64,000 bases of DNA from an uncultured delta proteobacterium (GTDB lineage: Bacteria; Desulfobacterota; RBG-13-43-22). The stretch lies in the NCBI GenBank assembly GCA_963843145.1, contig CAWJJC010000022.1:416001-480000 (forward strand), written 5' to 3'. The notes beneath the pieces are model-generated. The model did not search any database, was not told the DNA's origin, and saw nothing but the letters and a program-made list of their open reading frames with translations. Shown here piece after piece: positions 21,285 through 31,898 of the stretch (within the stretch, counting starts at the first letter, position 1; the number at the start of each line of letters is the position of its first letter). Both the position numbers and the translations under genes were made by a program.

Positions 21285-22726
21285 AAAAATCAGAAGATAG
21301 CGGTATGAACGTATCCCGGGACTGGGAAAAAATCATTCGCAGGATGGAGCAATTGCTGCGCCTGAAATCTTTTCCCGTGGCCTTCAAGATGTTGGAGAAT
21401 AAAGAAGATCTGAGTACCATTCCTTTCATCCGCCGGCTGGACAAAAAAGTGACCCTCTGCCAGTTGATTACCCTGGCCCGGAACTTTGACTGGACGGTGG
21501 GTGCGGAGGTGGGCGACTTTCTCTCGCCCACCTGCCCCTCGATCCTGGGCCTGACCGAGGTCCCGGAAATAAACCGCGACGGGACCTTTCGCAGCATTGT
21601 CTGGGTCAAGACCCGGGAGGACGCCCAAAAGTTCGAGGCCGCCATCCCCCGCCTGCCCCTGGGGAAATTCCAGGCCGTGGTCCTGGCCCCCCTGGTCTAT
21701 AAACCTTTTGAGCCCGATATCGTCCTGATCTACGCCAATCCGGCCCAGATGATACTCCTGATCAATGCCCTCCAGTTTGAAAAATATGAGGTGATGCAGT
21801 TTTATTGCGTGGGGGAGTCCTCCTGTTCGGATGCCATCGCCCGCTGCTACCTGACGGGAAAGCCCTCGTTGACTATCCCCTGCTATGGGGAGCGGCGCTA
21901 CGGCCACGCCCAGGACGAAGACCTGGTGATGGCCTTGCCGCCGGGGGATGTGGAAAAGGCCTTAAGAGGGCTGGAGACCCTCTACCGGAGAGGCATCCGC
22001 TATCCTATCAGTTATGCCGGGGCCGAACAGGACCTAACCCGGGCCTTTCCCGGGTCCTATAACAGCCTGGGGCAACTGGAAGCGATCCGGGGGCAGGACG
22101 AACGATTCCTTCTGGGCGTAACGGGGGGGATCGCCACCGGAAAGACCACGGTGGTCAACCTGCTCCGGGCGAAGGGGGCTGCGGTGATCGACTTCGATCT
22201 TTTGGCCCGGAAGGTGGTGGAGCCCGATAAAGCGGCCTGGAAGGATATTGTGGCCTATTTCGGGGAGCAGGTCCTCCAGGAAGACCGGAACTTGGACCGA
22301 AAAAAGTTGTCGGAGATCGTTTTTCAGGATCTGGAGAAACGGAAAAAACTCGAGGGCTTTACCCATCCCCGGATTCTCGGGGAGTTTATTCAGGAGTTGA
22401 ATGAAATCGTCTCTGCTAACCCTCAGGCCATTGTCCTGGTGGACATTCCGCTGTTGATCGAGCTGAACCTCCAGTATCTGTTTCATAAGCTCCTGGTGGT
22501 TTATGTGCCGGAAGAAGAGCAGATCCATCGCCTGATGGAGCGGGACGCGATCAGCCGGGAGGAGGCGGCCGGTCGGCTCAAGGCGCAGCTTCCCATTGAA
22601 GAGAAGGTGGGCTACGCGGATTTTGTCATCCACAATGAAGGTTCGCTGGAAGAGACGGGGAAACAGGTGGATGCGCTTTGGAAAAAGCTAAAGCAGCTCC
22701 AAGAGGAAAAGGCGAAAGAGGCCTAA
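21278..22726 (+). CDS. coaE: DUF169 domain fused to dephospho-CoA kinase
   Basis: N-terminal TLCQ...EPDIVLIY...SCSD...PCYGER; C-terminal GVTGGIATGKTT, THP, DIPLL. Confidence 0.85.
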   Translation: MVKKSEDSGMNVSRDWEKIIRRMEQLLRLKSFPVAFKMLENKEDLSTIPFIRRLDKKVTLCQLITLARNFDWTVGAEVGDFLSPTCPSILGLTEVPEINRDGTFRSIVWVKTREDAQKFEAAIPRLPLGKFQAVVLAPLVYKPFEPDIVLIYANPAQMILLINALQFEKYEVMQFYCVGESSCSDAIARCYLTGKPSLTIPCYGERRYGHAQDEDLVMALPPGDVEKALRGLETLYRRGIRYPISYAGAEQDLTRAFPGSYNSLGQLEAIRGQDERFLLGVTGGIATGKTTVVNLLRAKGAAVIDFDLLARKVVEPDKAAWKDIVAYFGEQVLQEDRNLDRKKLSEIVFQDLEKRKKLEGFTHPRILGEFIQELNEIVSANPQAIVLVDIPLLIELNLQYLFHKLLVVYVPEEEQIHRLMERDAISREEAAGRLKAQLPIEEKVGYADFVIHNEGSLEETGKQVDALWKKLKQLQEEKAKEA

Positions 22727-22773
22727 CCACAAGTAGTTGATTAACAAGATTTAGGTGTTATTCCTTCCATGAT

Positions 22774-24081
22774 ATGCATATGAAAGATACCCCTCGGCCC
22801 TCTAATCTTCAGGACCTCCCGCGGATGCTCTATGCCGATGAACAAGGACGGATCTTTGAACATCCCTATCTGCGGATGGCCGGGTTCTTCGGACGCCGTC
22901 CGGCCCCCATCGTTAAGGATGATCTGATCCCCATGCCGGAATTCAGCAAGCTTTTCTATCTGCCGGGGTGTGCGCCCCTGGGCCTGGACCCGGAGACCGG
23001 TGAATACCGCCTGGTTTCCGAGATCCTCGTCGCCGGGGAAAAGATTCGTTGTTCAGCCGTGGCGGCCTTCCCCGAACCGGGGCTGGTGCGCAGCCATTTG
23101 CCGGCGGCGGACTATCGGTACCGGCAAGTGCCCCTGCCCCTTTGGGGGTATACGGCTGTGGGCTTCAAACGGGGCCGCTTCCGGATCGCCGCCTTCCGGA
23201 TTGAATCCAACTTCCGGTGGGATCCGCGCAATTTCGATGACCGAGAATTGATGCCGGCTATTCGGCGCTATCAAAAGAAGCAGGCTGGGGGGCCCCTCTT
23301 GGAACACCTCATCGCCTGCGCTGTTCAAAACCACTGTTTCGCCGCCAAGAACCTTTTCTTGGGCCGCTGGGAGGCACCCCTGCCGGTGAGTCGCCGCTGC
23401 AACGCCCGCTGCCTGGGTTGTCTTTCCCGGCAGGGAAAAGAGACCTGCGCCGCTTCCCATCAGCGCATCGGCTTTAAACCGGATCGGGAAGAGATCGTTT
23501 CCCTCGCCGTGCGGCATCTCCGGCAGGCCCCGGATGCGGTAGTCAGCTTTGGACAGGGCTGCGAAGGGGAGCCCTTAACCGAATACCGGCTGATTGCCGA
23601 CAGTATCCGGGAGATCCGTCGCCGGACCGACCGGGGGACTATCAATCTCAATACCAACGGCAGCCTGCCGGAGCGGGTTCTGCTGCTGGCCCAAAGCGGA
23701 CTGGACAGCATCCGGATCAGCCTGAACAGTGCCCGTCCCTCGTTTTACCAGGCCTATTACCGTCCCCAGGGGTATACTTTTCAGGAGGTGGTCACCTCCC
23801 TAAAAACGGCTGTGGATCAGGGCCTGTTTACCATGGTCAATTACCTGGTTTTCCCGGGCATCACCGACCAGGAGTCGGAGTTGAGGGCCATACAAAAGTT
23901 GATCCGCCGCACCGGCCTTAATTTCCTGCATCTAAAAAATTTAAATATCGACCCCGAGTTTTATCTGAGCAGGTTGCCCGTTTCCAGATCTCCTTCCAAA
24001 GGGCATAAAAATATGGTGACCGTTTTAAAAAAGGAATTTCCCGGGCTGCAACTGGGGTACTTTAACCAGGCGGTCAAGTGA
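22774..24081 (+). CDS. Radical SAM protein of unknown function
   Basis: CNARCLGC, SFGQGCEGEP, NTNG. Confidence 0.88.
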   Translation: MHMKDTPRPSNLQDLPRMLYADEQGRIFEHPYLRMAGFFGRRPAPIVKDDLIPMPEFSKLFYLPGCAPLGLDPETGEYRLVSEILVAGEKIRCSAVAAFPEPGLVRSHLPAADYRYRQVPLPLWGYTAVGFKRGRFRIAAFRIESNFRWDPRNFDDRELMPAIRRYQKKQAGGPLLEHLIACAVQNHCFAAKNLFLGRWEAPLPVSRRCNARCLGCLSRQGKETCAASHQRIGFKPDREEIVSLAVRHLRQAPDAVVSFGQGCEGEPLTEYRLIADSIREIRRRTDRGTINLNTNGSLPERVLLLAQSGLDSIRISLNSARPSFYQAYYRPQGYTFQEVVTSLKTAVDQGLFTMVNYLVFPGITDQESELRAIQKLIRRTGLNFLHLKNLNIDPEFYLSRLPVSRSPSKGHKNMVTVLKKEFPGLQLGYFNQAVK

Positions 24082-24091
24082 AAAAGAACGC

Positions 24092-24187
24092 GGGTTCAAT
24101 ACGAAAATAGGGTCCAAGCTCACCAGCGCTCAGGCCTTTCCCCTTAGGCTTTTTCATGCTTCGTGGCCTCAGGCGGCCATGGGGGTT
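24092..24187. repeat. Modular repeat (TACGAAAAT...TTTTCATGCTTCG...CATGGGGGTT)
   Basis: Ends match the reverse complement of 47622-47788 and 49812-49977; interior differs. Confidence 0.6.
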
Positions 24188-24222
24188 ATATTATCAAGCG
24201 CCACCTTGGGCATTGTTTTTGC

Positions 24223-24457
24223 CGTCATGCCGGACTCGATCCGGCATCCAAGTCCTTTGAGACGTAACTGAGGCCTGGATTTCGGATCGCGCTTCGCTTG
24301 TCCGGAATGACGAGATGACTCGATCCGATCAAAGCCTAATTACATGCTTCGCAGGTGGCCCTGATGAAAAACTCGTCACCCCCGAATGCTTTTATCGGGT
24401 ATCCACTCCTCTTCTCGAGAACCAGGATTCCCGCTCAAGAGCGCTGCGGGAATGACG
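24223..24457. repeat. Two CGTC-type REP pairs
   Basis: cgtcatgccggactcgatccggcatcca...ggaatgacg and cgtcacccccg...ggattcccgc...gcgggaatgacg. Confidence 0.8.
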
Positions 24458-24512
24458 CTCTCCTCTGAAGTAGCGACCATTGAGAGGCCAATTAGAGGTC
24501 AAAAAACCAGTT

Positions 24513-24896
24513 ATGCGTCCCCTCGACCTTTCCATGGATGAATTTGAAAAGATGACCTCCCAGGCCATCAGGGAGATACCGGAAGATTTCCTGGAGGCCC
24601 TGGAAAACGTGGAAGTCTTTGTGGAGGAAGAAGCCGGACAGGAGGTCTTGGACGAATTGGGGATTGGCTTCCCGGGGAGTCTCCTGGGTCTTTATCAGGG
24701 GGTACCCCGAGGTGAGCAGAGCGCCTTTAACCCTCCGCCCATCCTGCCGCACCGGATTATACTTTTCCTTCGTCCGATCCTCCGGATAAGCCGAAACCGG
24801 AGGGAAGTGGTAGAACAAATAAAAAAAACCCTGGTCCATGAAATTGCCCACCATTTCGGTTTTTCTGATAACCGTCTCCGGGAGTTGGGGTATTGA
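24513..24896 (+). CDS. Zincin-like metallopeptidase (DUF1025)
   Basis: LLGLYQG, HEIAHHFG. Confidence 0.88.
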   Translation: MRPLDLSMDEFEKMTSQAIREIPEDFLEALENVEVFVEEEAGQEVLDELGIGFPGSLLGLYQGVPRGEQSAFNPPPILPHRIILFLRPILRISRNRREVVEQIKKTLVHEIAHHFGFSDNRLRELGY

Positions 24897-24985
24897 GGCC
24901 CGTTTTTATGTTTGACAAAGGGGTTTACTTTTGGATATAGAAAATTAGATAAGGGACCGAAGCTCCACAAATAAAGGAGGTTGGC

Positions 24986-25918
24986 ATGAGTGCCCAGGGA
25001 AAACCAAAGGCCTTGATCTTGGTTATCGACGATGAAATGATCGTCCACCAGAGTATTTCCAGAATTCTCGAAGCGGAGGCCTATCGAGTGGATGGGGTCC
25101 TCCGGGTGGACGAAGCCCTGGAGCGGCTGAAAAAAACGCCCTACGATCTGGTGTTGACCGACCTGATGATCCCTGAAAAAAGCGGGATGGAGGCGGTCAA
25201 GGCCATCGCCCGAGATTATCCCGACATGGGCGTGGTGATGTTTACCGGTTTTCCCACCGTTGATTCCGCGGTCGAATCGATGAAGCTGGGCTCCCTGGAT
25301 TACCTACCCAAGCCCTTCACCCCGGACGAATTGCTGGCCGTGGTTGACCGGTCCCTGGAAAGAATCCAAAAAATTCGACGGGAACGGGAACTGGAGGAAA
25401 TATACTCCGAAGCCGAAATGGCGATCCAGTCCAGTCTGGAACTGAAGGAAATCCTAAATTCCATCAATGAAAATGTGGTTCGCCTCTTTAAAGTCAAAGG
25501 CAGTTCCCTTCTAATCCTCAACCAGAAAAAGGAGACCCTGGAACTGGCTTCCTCCCTGGGGCTTTCCGAGGGCTACTTGCAGAAGGGGACCATCGACGCC
25601 ACAAAAAGCGTGCCCGAGGTGCTCAGGTCCAGCGAAGCGGCGGTGGTCCAGGCCGACCAGTTTGAAAATAAACTTCAGTACCCGGAGGAGGCTCGCCGGG
25701 AAGGGATCTCCACGATCCTCTCCTATCCGCTCAAGGTGCAAGACCGGATATCGGGTATCCTGCGGCTCTACAGCCAACAGCCCCGTTCTTTCAGCCGGGA
25801 GGAACTGGACCTGCTCCAGAAATTCGCCGAACAGGGAACTCGGGCCATCGAAAACGCCTTAGCTTACGCCAAAGTGCGCAACGACCTGGAAGCGCTCCAG
25901 AAATACGTCCCGGAATAG
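24986..25918 (+). CDS. Response regulator (REC + GAF)
   Basis: IDDE, TDLMIP, YLPKPF then GAF-like domain. Confidence 0.88.
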   Translation: MSAQGKPKALILVIDDEMIVHQSISRILEAEAYRVDGVLRVDEALERLKKTPYDLVLTDLMIPEKSGMEAVKAIARDYPDMGVVMFTGFPTVDSAVESMKLGSLDYLPKPFTPDELLAVVDRSLERIQKIRRERELEEIYSEAEMAIQSSLELKEILNSINENVVRLFKVKGSSLLILNQKKETLELASSLGLSEGYLQKGTIDATKSVPEVLRSSEAAVVQADQFENKLQYPEEARREGISTILSYPLKVQDRISGILRLYSQQPRSFSREELDLLQKFAEQGTRAIENALAYAKVRNDLEALQKYVPE

Positions 25919-26059
25919 ATTCTTACCTCCATTGTTCTGAGAATTTGTCTTTAACAATGGATGAAAGAATCTAAATTAAAAGACGTTAGCTTTAAATCTG
26001 TTAAGTGGTTTTTATTATAGCCAAAAATATTAGGAATATTTTTGGCTCGGGAGAAGAAA

Positions 26060-27016
26060 ATGACCGCAGAGATCAAAGGAAACGTCCTGGTTTTAGACGG
26101 CGAACCCCAGGTGCTGGATGAATTGACCCGTCTGCTGGAGGCCAATCAATACCGGGTATCCCCTTGCCGAACCGGAAAAGAGGCACTCGCCCTTTTTAAA
26201 GAGAAAGATTTTGATCTGTTGATTATCGAGTGGCAAGTGGACGGTCCGGACGGACTGGACGGCTTTCAAGTCATGGAATCGGTCGGCAAGCTGGATCCGA
26301 CCCTGGCCGTGGTAGTCTTGACGGCTTTCCCTGATGTGGATTCGGCCGTCAAGGCCATGCGCTTGGGCGCCAAGGATTATCTTAAAAAGCCCCTGGTTCC
26401 GGATCAGCTCCTGGCTTTGGTCGAAAAGGTGATCGAAGACCGAAAAGCCCTGAGGAACCGGAGGGAATCTAAGGCGGTCTTTGAAGACATCAAGCGGAAG
26501 ATCTCTTCATCTTTGAATCTTCAGGAGGTCCTGGACCTGATCGCCACCGGGGTAACCAAGGGGATGGGGGTAAAGGGCTGCACCATCGGCCTCCTGGACA
26601 AGAAGCGGGATCAACTGAAAGTGGTGGCCTACCAGGGATTAACCCAGAAGTATCTGGAAAAAGGGCCTATTGATCCCGCACGCAGCTTGGGCGGGATGGT
26701 CCAAAGCGGCCAAGACCTCTTGATCGAGGACGTCGCTCGGGATAGCCGGGTCCAATACCCCGAAGAGGCCAGGGAAGAAGGTATTAAATCCATCCTGAGC
26801 GTGCCTTTGCTGCTCAAACAGGAACTTATCGGGGCGCTGCGCATTTATACCGCCACGGCCCATAATTTTTCTCCGGAAGAATTCAAATTCCTTCACGACT
26901 TGGCGGATCAGGCCGCGCTGGCCATTGAAAATGCCCGCTCCTACGAAGACATGAAAGAAAAATACGAGGCCTTGCGTGGCGATCTGGTCGATTATTTTGA
27001 AGACGGCTGGACTTAG
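26060..27016 (+). CDS. Response regulator (degenerate REC + GAF), paralog of the previous gene
   Basis: LDGE, IIEWQ (phospho-Asp replaced by Glu), YLKKP, GAF with QYPEEAREEG. Confidence 0.85.
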   Translation: MTAEIKGNVLVLDGEPQVLDELTRLLEANQYRVSPCRTGKEALALFKEKDFDLLIIEWQVDGPDGLDGFQVMESVGKLDPTLAVVVLTAFPDVDSAVKAMRLGAKDYLKKPLVPDQLLALVEKVIEDRKALRNRRESKAVFEDIKRKISSSLNLQEVLDLIATGVTKGMGVKGCTIGLLDKKRDQLKVVAYQGLTQKYLEKGPIDPARSLGGMVQSGQDLLIEDVARDSRVQYPEEAREEGIKSILSVPLLLKQELIGALRIYTATAHNFSPEEFKFLHDLADQAALAIENARSYEDMKEKYEALRGDLVDYFEDGWT

Positions 27017-27106
27017 AACGCCTGCCGTATCCCGCAGCCCTCTTTATTCCTTAATTTTCTCGCCGCAGTAGGGTCCTCCCATACCATCCAGGTGGCTTAA
27101 CCCGCT

Positions 27107-28242
27107 ATGAAGAAACTGAAAAAAACCAAGTCGAAAATTCCGGTCCCAGCTAAGGGTAAAATCGCCGACCTCAACAGCTTACCCAAATTCTGGGCCAACC
27201 TCATTGAAAATTCTCCGGATGCCATTGTGGCCATCCGCAAGGGGGGGAGATCATCATCTTCAACCGGGCGGCGGAAAAGCTTTTGGGCTATCGGGAGGCC
27301 GAGGTCATCGAGCGAATGAACATTACGGATATTTACCCTTTCGGCCAGGCCAAAGCGATCATGAAGGATCTGAGGTCCGCGGAATACGGCGGACCCGGCT
27401 TGCTGGAGAAGAGGGAATTTCTCCTGCTGGATAAAAACGGCTGGGAGATCCCGGTCTATATTTCGGCCTCGATACTCTACGATGCGGAAAGGGAAATCGG
27501 TTCGGTGGGGGTATTCACCGATCTGCGGGAGAAGCGGGAATTGGAAAAGCAACTCCTGCGGACCGAAAAATTGTCTTCTCTGGGCAAGATGGCGGCCGGG
27601 ATTGCCCATGAAATCAACCAGCCGCTGACCGGTGTCTTGACCTTCGCCCACCTGCTGCTCAAAAAATTCAAGGACGATGAAGCGACCCGACTGGATCTGG
27701 AATTGATCGTCCGGGAAACCACCCGCATTAAGAAAATCGTTCAGGGGGTCCTGGATTTTGGCCGGGAAACTCCGATGAAAAAAGAGTTACAGGCCATTGA
27801 GGATATCCTGGACACCACCCTAAAAATCATCATCCACCAGGAACGTTTTTTCGGCATCAACCTGATTAAGAAATACGGCGCCGATATACCGCCGGTCAAG
27901 GCAGACAGCAGTCGAATGGAACAAGTATTTTTGAATATTATCTTCAATGCCCTGGAAGCCATGGGTGGTTCCGGCACGCTGACCGTTCAAACTCGAAAGA
28001 CTTCCGAAGGGGTCGAAGTGGACCTGAGCGATACCGGGCCCGGGATCCCCGCAGAGATCCTGGATAAGATCTTCGATCCTTTTTATACCACCAAGGATTC
28101 CACCGAAGGACTGGGCATGGGCCTGGGTTTGGCCGTTTGTTACGGGATTGTCAAGAAACACAACGGGGATATCCAGGTAACCAGTTCCCCCGAGTTGGGC
28201 ACCACTTTTACCGTCAGGCTGCCACTTGCTGAACCTGCTTGA
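27107..28242 (+). CDS. PAS sensor histidine kinase, frameshift near 27245
   Basis: PAS, AHEINQPL H-box, N/G1/F/G2 boxes; break in a G homopolymer. Confidence 0.88.
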
Positions 28243-28346
28243 CAGGAAAACCCATTCGCCGAGACCCCATGGCCACAGAGGCCCGATTTCAGGTTCATTT
28301 GCCCTATATTGTGGCCACCCACCCAAAAGTGCGCACAACCATTAAA

Positions 28347-29492
28347 TTAAATCAAACCTTTCCCTTTAAGTTCTTTAAAGATGAACTGCCCTTCATTCAG
28401 ACCCCGATAAATGGCGGCTGAGGTGATGGTGGCCGTGGTTACGGCATCGACCTTGTGCGAAAAGTGAAAGGGGTTGTAAATATATCGGCCGATAATTCTT
28501 TGGCGCATCTTGGCGATATCGGCGTCATCCCAATTTTCATTACCGTATTTGGTCAGTTGAATAGGAATGAATTGAAGGATTTTTCCATTGGCTCCGAAAG
28601 TGTAGATAAAATGGGTATCATGACAGACGTCACAGGTGGGCAACTGGCTGACCACCTGGGCGAAGAGGCGCCGGCTTTCCCCGTTTTTTTCAACGACCCC
28701 CGTATAGATGACGCGTCCCTTTTTGAGGGTAACTCGATCAAAGCCGGATAGCCGCCCCCCTCCCTCGGTAAAGGCCTCCTTCACCTTGGCTTGAATCTCT
28801 TCCTCGCTGATGGGAGGCTTGAGGGTTATGACCTGGGCTTTGGTACTTTCTCCTTTTTTCCGGATAGCGGCCAGCGTCATACCGGACACGGCCTTTAACT
28901 TTTCTAACAACCCCTGAATGTCCTCATTGACACCCAAGTGGGTATCAGCCACCAGAGCGGGTTTAGCCGTAGGATCTCTGCGGACGAAAATTGAAAAGGG
29001 GGTCGGACTCCCGCCCACCGCCTCATGGAGGATATATTGGGTGTCGGGAATAATCGGATAGGGTATCTGGAAATGATCGCGAAAAATTTTAATCTCCTCG
29101 TCGTCGTTCCCTACGGCGATCCCGATCATTTTGATTTGTTTCCTGGTGGCCGCCTTCGATTGTATTAGGTCAAAGAGTCGGTTGTAGGAGGGGGCCTGTT
29201 TTTGGCAAGCGGCACAATAGACGTTCAATATCTCCACCAAAATGACTTTCGCCTGGATATCTTGGATCGTAAAACGATCACCCTTGGGAATTCCCAAGTA
29301 GGCCCTGTCTTTGGCCTTCAGCGGTGTTTTCAGGGCGGTAGCCGGAAAGTCGTCTCCGCCCTTGATGAATGTTTTTTCCTGTGCTCGGAGTTCGGCCGGC
29401 CCTCCGAAAAAAAATAAAAACATTCCTATGGCCAACAAGATCGGGATAAAAGCGAATTTTCTGGACATGGCGGGTTTTCCTTCCCTGTTCAT
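28347..29492 (-). CDS. Exported TlpA/thioredoxin-like protein fused to a CxxCH and FMN-binding-like domain
   Basis: Signal peptide, YCAAC, CDVCH, VDAVTTATITS. Confidence 0.7.
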   Translation of the reverse strand: MNREGKPAMSRKFAFIPILLAIGMFLFFFGGPAELRAQEKTFIKGGDDFPATALKTPLKAKDRAYLGIPKGDRFTIQDIQAKVILVEILNVYCAACQKQAPSYNRLFDLIQSKAATRKQIKMIGIAVGNDDEEIKIFRDHFQIPYPIIPDTQYILHEAVGGSPTPFSIFVRRDPTAKPALVADTHLGVNEDIQGLLEKLKAVSGMTLAAIRKKGESTKAQVITLKPPISEEEIQAKVKEAFTEGGGRLSGFDRVTLKKGRVIYTGVVEKNGESRRLFAQVVSQLPTCDVCHDTHFIYTFGANGKILQFIPIQLTKYGNENWDDADIAKMRQRIIGRYIYNPFHFSHKVDAVTTATITSAAIYRGLNEGQFIFKELKGKGLI

Positions 29493-29638
29493 CGGAGATA
29501 ATCCTGCCGAATACTATTCATAGTCTCCATAGTAGAGATTAGCGCAACTTCTTTTCTTGCCTCTTATTAGCCGAAAGGGATGACGCCGGGTCGATTAGGC
29601 ATCTACTTTTTCGGCTGAGGGGACGGCGTCTGCGGCAC

Positions 29639-30226
29639 CTACCGCAACAGGGACTTCATTTCTTTGAACAATCCCGGCATGTCCTTATTGAAACCCAAAT
29701 GCGTGCCGGTCACTTGAAAGGTTTTCCCCCCCGCATCCCGGCGCACAATAATGGAAAAAGGGGCCGGTGGTCCTCCCACCGCCTTATGGAGGATGTATTC
29801 CGGATCGGAAACAATCGCGTAGGGTATCTGGAAATGATCTCGGAACTTCTTAATCTCCGGCTCCTCGTCCCCGACAGCGACCCCGAGCATTTTAATTTTT
29901 TCCCGGGTGGCCGGATCCGATTGAATCATGCCGAATAGCTGCTTGTACAGGGGCGCTTGAAGCTGACAAGGGATACAATACACATCAAATATTTCCACTA
30001 AAATGACTTCGGCCTTCAGGTCTTTGATCGTAAAATGGTCGCCTCCGGAAATTCCCAGATAGGTCCGGTCTTGAGCCTGGACCGGGGTTTTCAGAGCGAC
30101 TGTCGGAAAGGCCTCTCCCTTTTTGATCACCTTTTTCCCCTGGGCCTGGAGATCGCTCAGCCATCCGGATAAAAACAAAAGCACTCCCAATCCCAGGACC
30201 GTGATAAACGTGGATCTTTTAAACAT
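29639..30226 (-). CDS. Exported TlpA/thioredoxin-like protein
   Basis: Signal peptide, YCIPC; paralog of the N-terminus of 28347-29492. Confidence 0.78.
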   Translation of the reverse strand: MFKRSTFITVLGLGVLLFLSGWLSDLQAQGKKVIKKGEAFPTVALKTPVQAQDRTYLGISGGDHFTIKDLKAEVILVEIFDVYCIPCQLQAPLYKQLFGMIQSDPATREKIKMLGVAVGDEEPEIKKFRDHFQIPYAIVSDPEYILHKAVGGPPAPFSIIVRRDAGGKTFQVTGTHLGFNKDMPGLFKEMKSLLR

Positions 30227-31271
30227 GGGCAGTTTTTCCTCCTCTCGTCAGCTTTTTTCCTGGCCACCTTCGGGAGGCCATTTTCTCTCCATCCCGGGTC
30301 AAGAGCATGGCCGCCAGCCGCTCCTGCCGGTTTATCAAGGACAGACCCACTTCCGGACCTAAAAGCAGGAGGGCGGTGGCCAGGGCATCGGCTGTTTCAG
30401 CCGAAGAGGCGGTAACCGTGCCGCTGACCGCCCGGAGGGGAGACGAACCACTTACCGGGGACAGGATATGATGATGGATCTTTTCCTGGTCAAAATAGAC
30501 CATATAATTTCCCGAGGTAGCTACCGCCCCTTCCCGGAGCAAAATCATTTCCGGAGAACTCGTTCCGCCGTTCGGGTCATAGACCGCTATTCGCCAGGGT
30601 TTATCGTCTCCCCGGCCCCCGAAGACCCGAAGGTCTCCCCCCGCATCCACCAGCGCATGTCGAATTCCCTCTTTCCGGAGATAGGCGATGGTATCGTCGA
30701 CGATGGTCCCCTTGGCTATGCCGTCAAGGGTGACTCCCATGCCTTCCTTGGAAAAAGTGATTTCTTCGGGACGAACCTTCAGTGCGGCGGCGCCTACCCG
30801 GCTTAAGGCGTCCCGGACGGACGACTCCGCGGGAAGACGGCCTAGTTCCTTTTCAGACTCATAAAGGTCCAGTAAAGGTTTGGTGGTCACGTCAAAAAGG
30901 CCCCGGGTCTGGGCATGAATAGCCTGACATTGCCTGAGCAGCCGATGCAGTTCAGGAGGAGGACTCGAAAGGGCCCCCCGTTCATTTAGATAGCTGAGGG
31001 CCGAACGCGGATCATGGCGACTAAATATTCGGATCTGTGTTTCCATTCGCTGAAAACCCGCTCCCAGGACGGCCTGAGCCTGATCACGCGAAGGATGGAA
31101 AATGGTAATAGTGACAAAGGTCCCCATCAGGTTCCGGGTTTCGGAGACTTGTGACAGGGAGGAGGAAAAGGGGCTCGTGGTCATGGGCGCCGCCCAACCT
31201 TTGACCGTCCAGCCGGCGCCCAAGAGGCCCAGGCCTTGGAGAAAGGCCCGTCGGTTCCATAGCGTTTTCAT
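30219..31271 (-). CDS. apbE: FAD:protein FMN transferase with Tat signal
   Basis: RRAFL, MGT, LDGIAKG, DAGGD, ATSGNY, ADALAT. Confidence 0.92.
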   Translation of the reverse strand: MKTLWNRRAFLQGLGLLGAGWTVKGWAAPMTTSPFSSSLSQVSETRNLMGTFVTITIFHPSRDQAQAVLGAGFQRMETQIRIFSRHDPRSALSYLNERGALSSPPPELHRLLRQCQAIHAQTRGLFDVTTKPLLDLYESEKELGRLPAESSVRDALSRVGAAALKVRPEEITFSKEGMGVTLDGIAKGTIVDDTIAYLRKEGIRHALVDAGGDLRVFGGRGDDKPWRIAVYDPNGGTSSPEMILLREGAVATSGNYMVYFDQEKIHHHILSPVSGSSPLRAVSGTVTASSAETADALATALLLLGPEVGLSLINRQERLAAMLLTRDGEKMASRRWPGKKLTRGGKTAHV

Positions 31272-31357
31272 AAGTCGTCTATCCTGTGAGGCAAAGTTGA
31301 GGTTAGGAAGAAAGAGTTGCCGTCGGTCGAGGAGTCCCTAGTCGTAGAAGGCGCCGT

Positions 31358-31392
31358 AAAAAAAGGCGGCGGGTTGAACCGCCGCCTTTTTC
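31358..31392. terminator. Bidirectional intrinsic terminator
   Basis: A-tract, ggcggcgg/ccgccgcc stem, T-tract. Confidence 0.8.
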
Positions 31393-31416
31393 GGATTCAT
31401 TGATTTCAGAATAGCG

Positions 31417-31809
31417 CTAGGGCTGTAGCGTTCTCATCATTTCGTCTTCAGCCTTTTTGCTCCAGACGACTTTGCCCTTCACGGTCATCGTATCGACATT
31501 AATGGCACTGTACTTCTTGTTCACGGTCCCGGAAACTTCGACGGTATCCAGGAAGTACTTGGCTTTGAGGCCCAGGCCGATATTGGACATGTAATAATAC
31601 TTCCCGTCGGCCGTAACCAACACAAAGTCTTTTTCCAGGTTGATCACCGGATCGGCCTTGTCAATCGGGCAGATGTAGCCTTTTAAGAGACAGGTTAACC
31701 CTTCAATTTTTCCCTTGACCGTCTCCGCATTGACAATCATGGGAATCAGTAGAAATATGACCAACAATACAGCCGGCACTAGCGTTTGCTTTTTGATTCC
31801 GTGCATCAT
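31417..31809 (-). CDS. Exported hypothetical protein with two Cys
   Basis: Signal peptide, GLTC...CP. Confidence 0.7.
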   Translation of the reverse strand: MMHGIKKQTLVPAVLLVIFLLIPMIVNAETVKGKIEGLTCLLKGYICPIDKADPVINLEKDFVLVTADGKYYYMSNIGLGLKAKYFLDTVEVSGTVNKKYSAINVDTMTVKGKVVWSKKAEDEMMRTLQP

Positions 31810-31898
31810 ATCACCTCATAATTTGTAAGATTTGGTTTTCGGGGGGAGGGAAAGGCCGTTAAGCTTCCCCCTCCCCCGGGGTTTCGTTTAGAGTCAGG

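Noticed and set aside
28347-30226. Selenocysteine in the thioredoxin-like proteins
   Set aside because: Both CxxC motifs use Cys codons with no in-frame TGA
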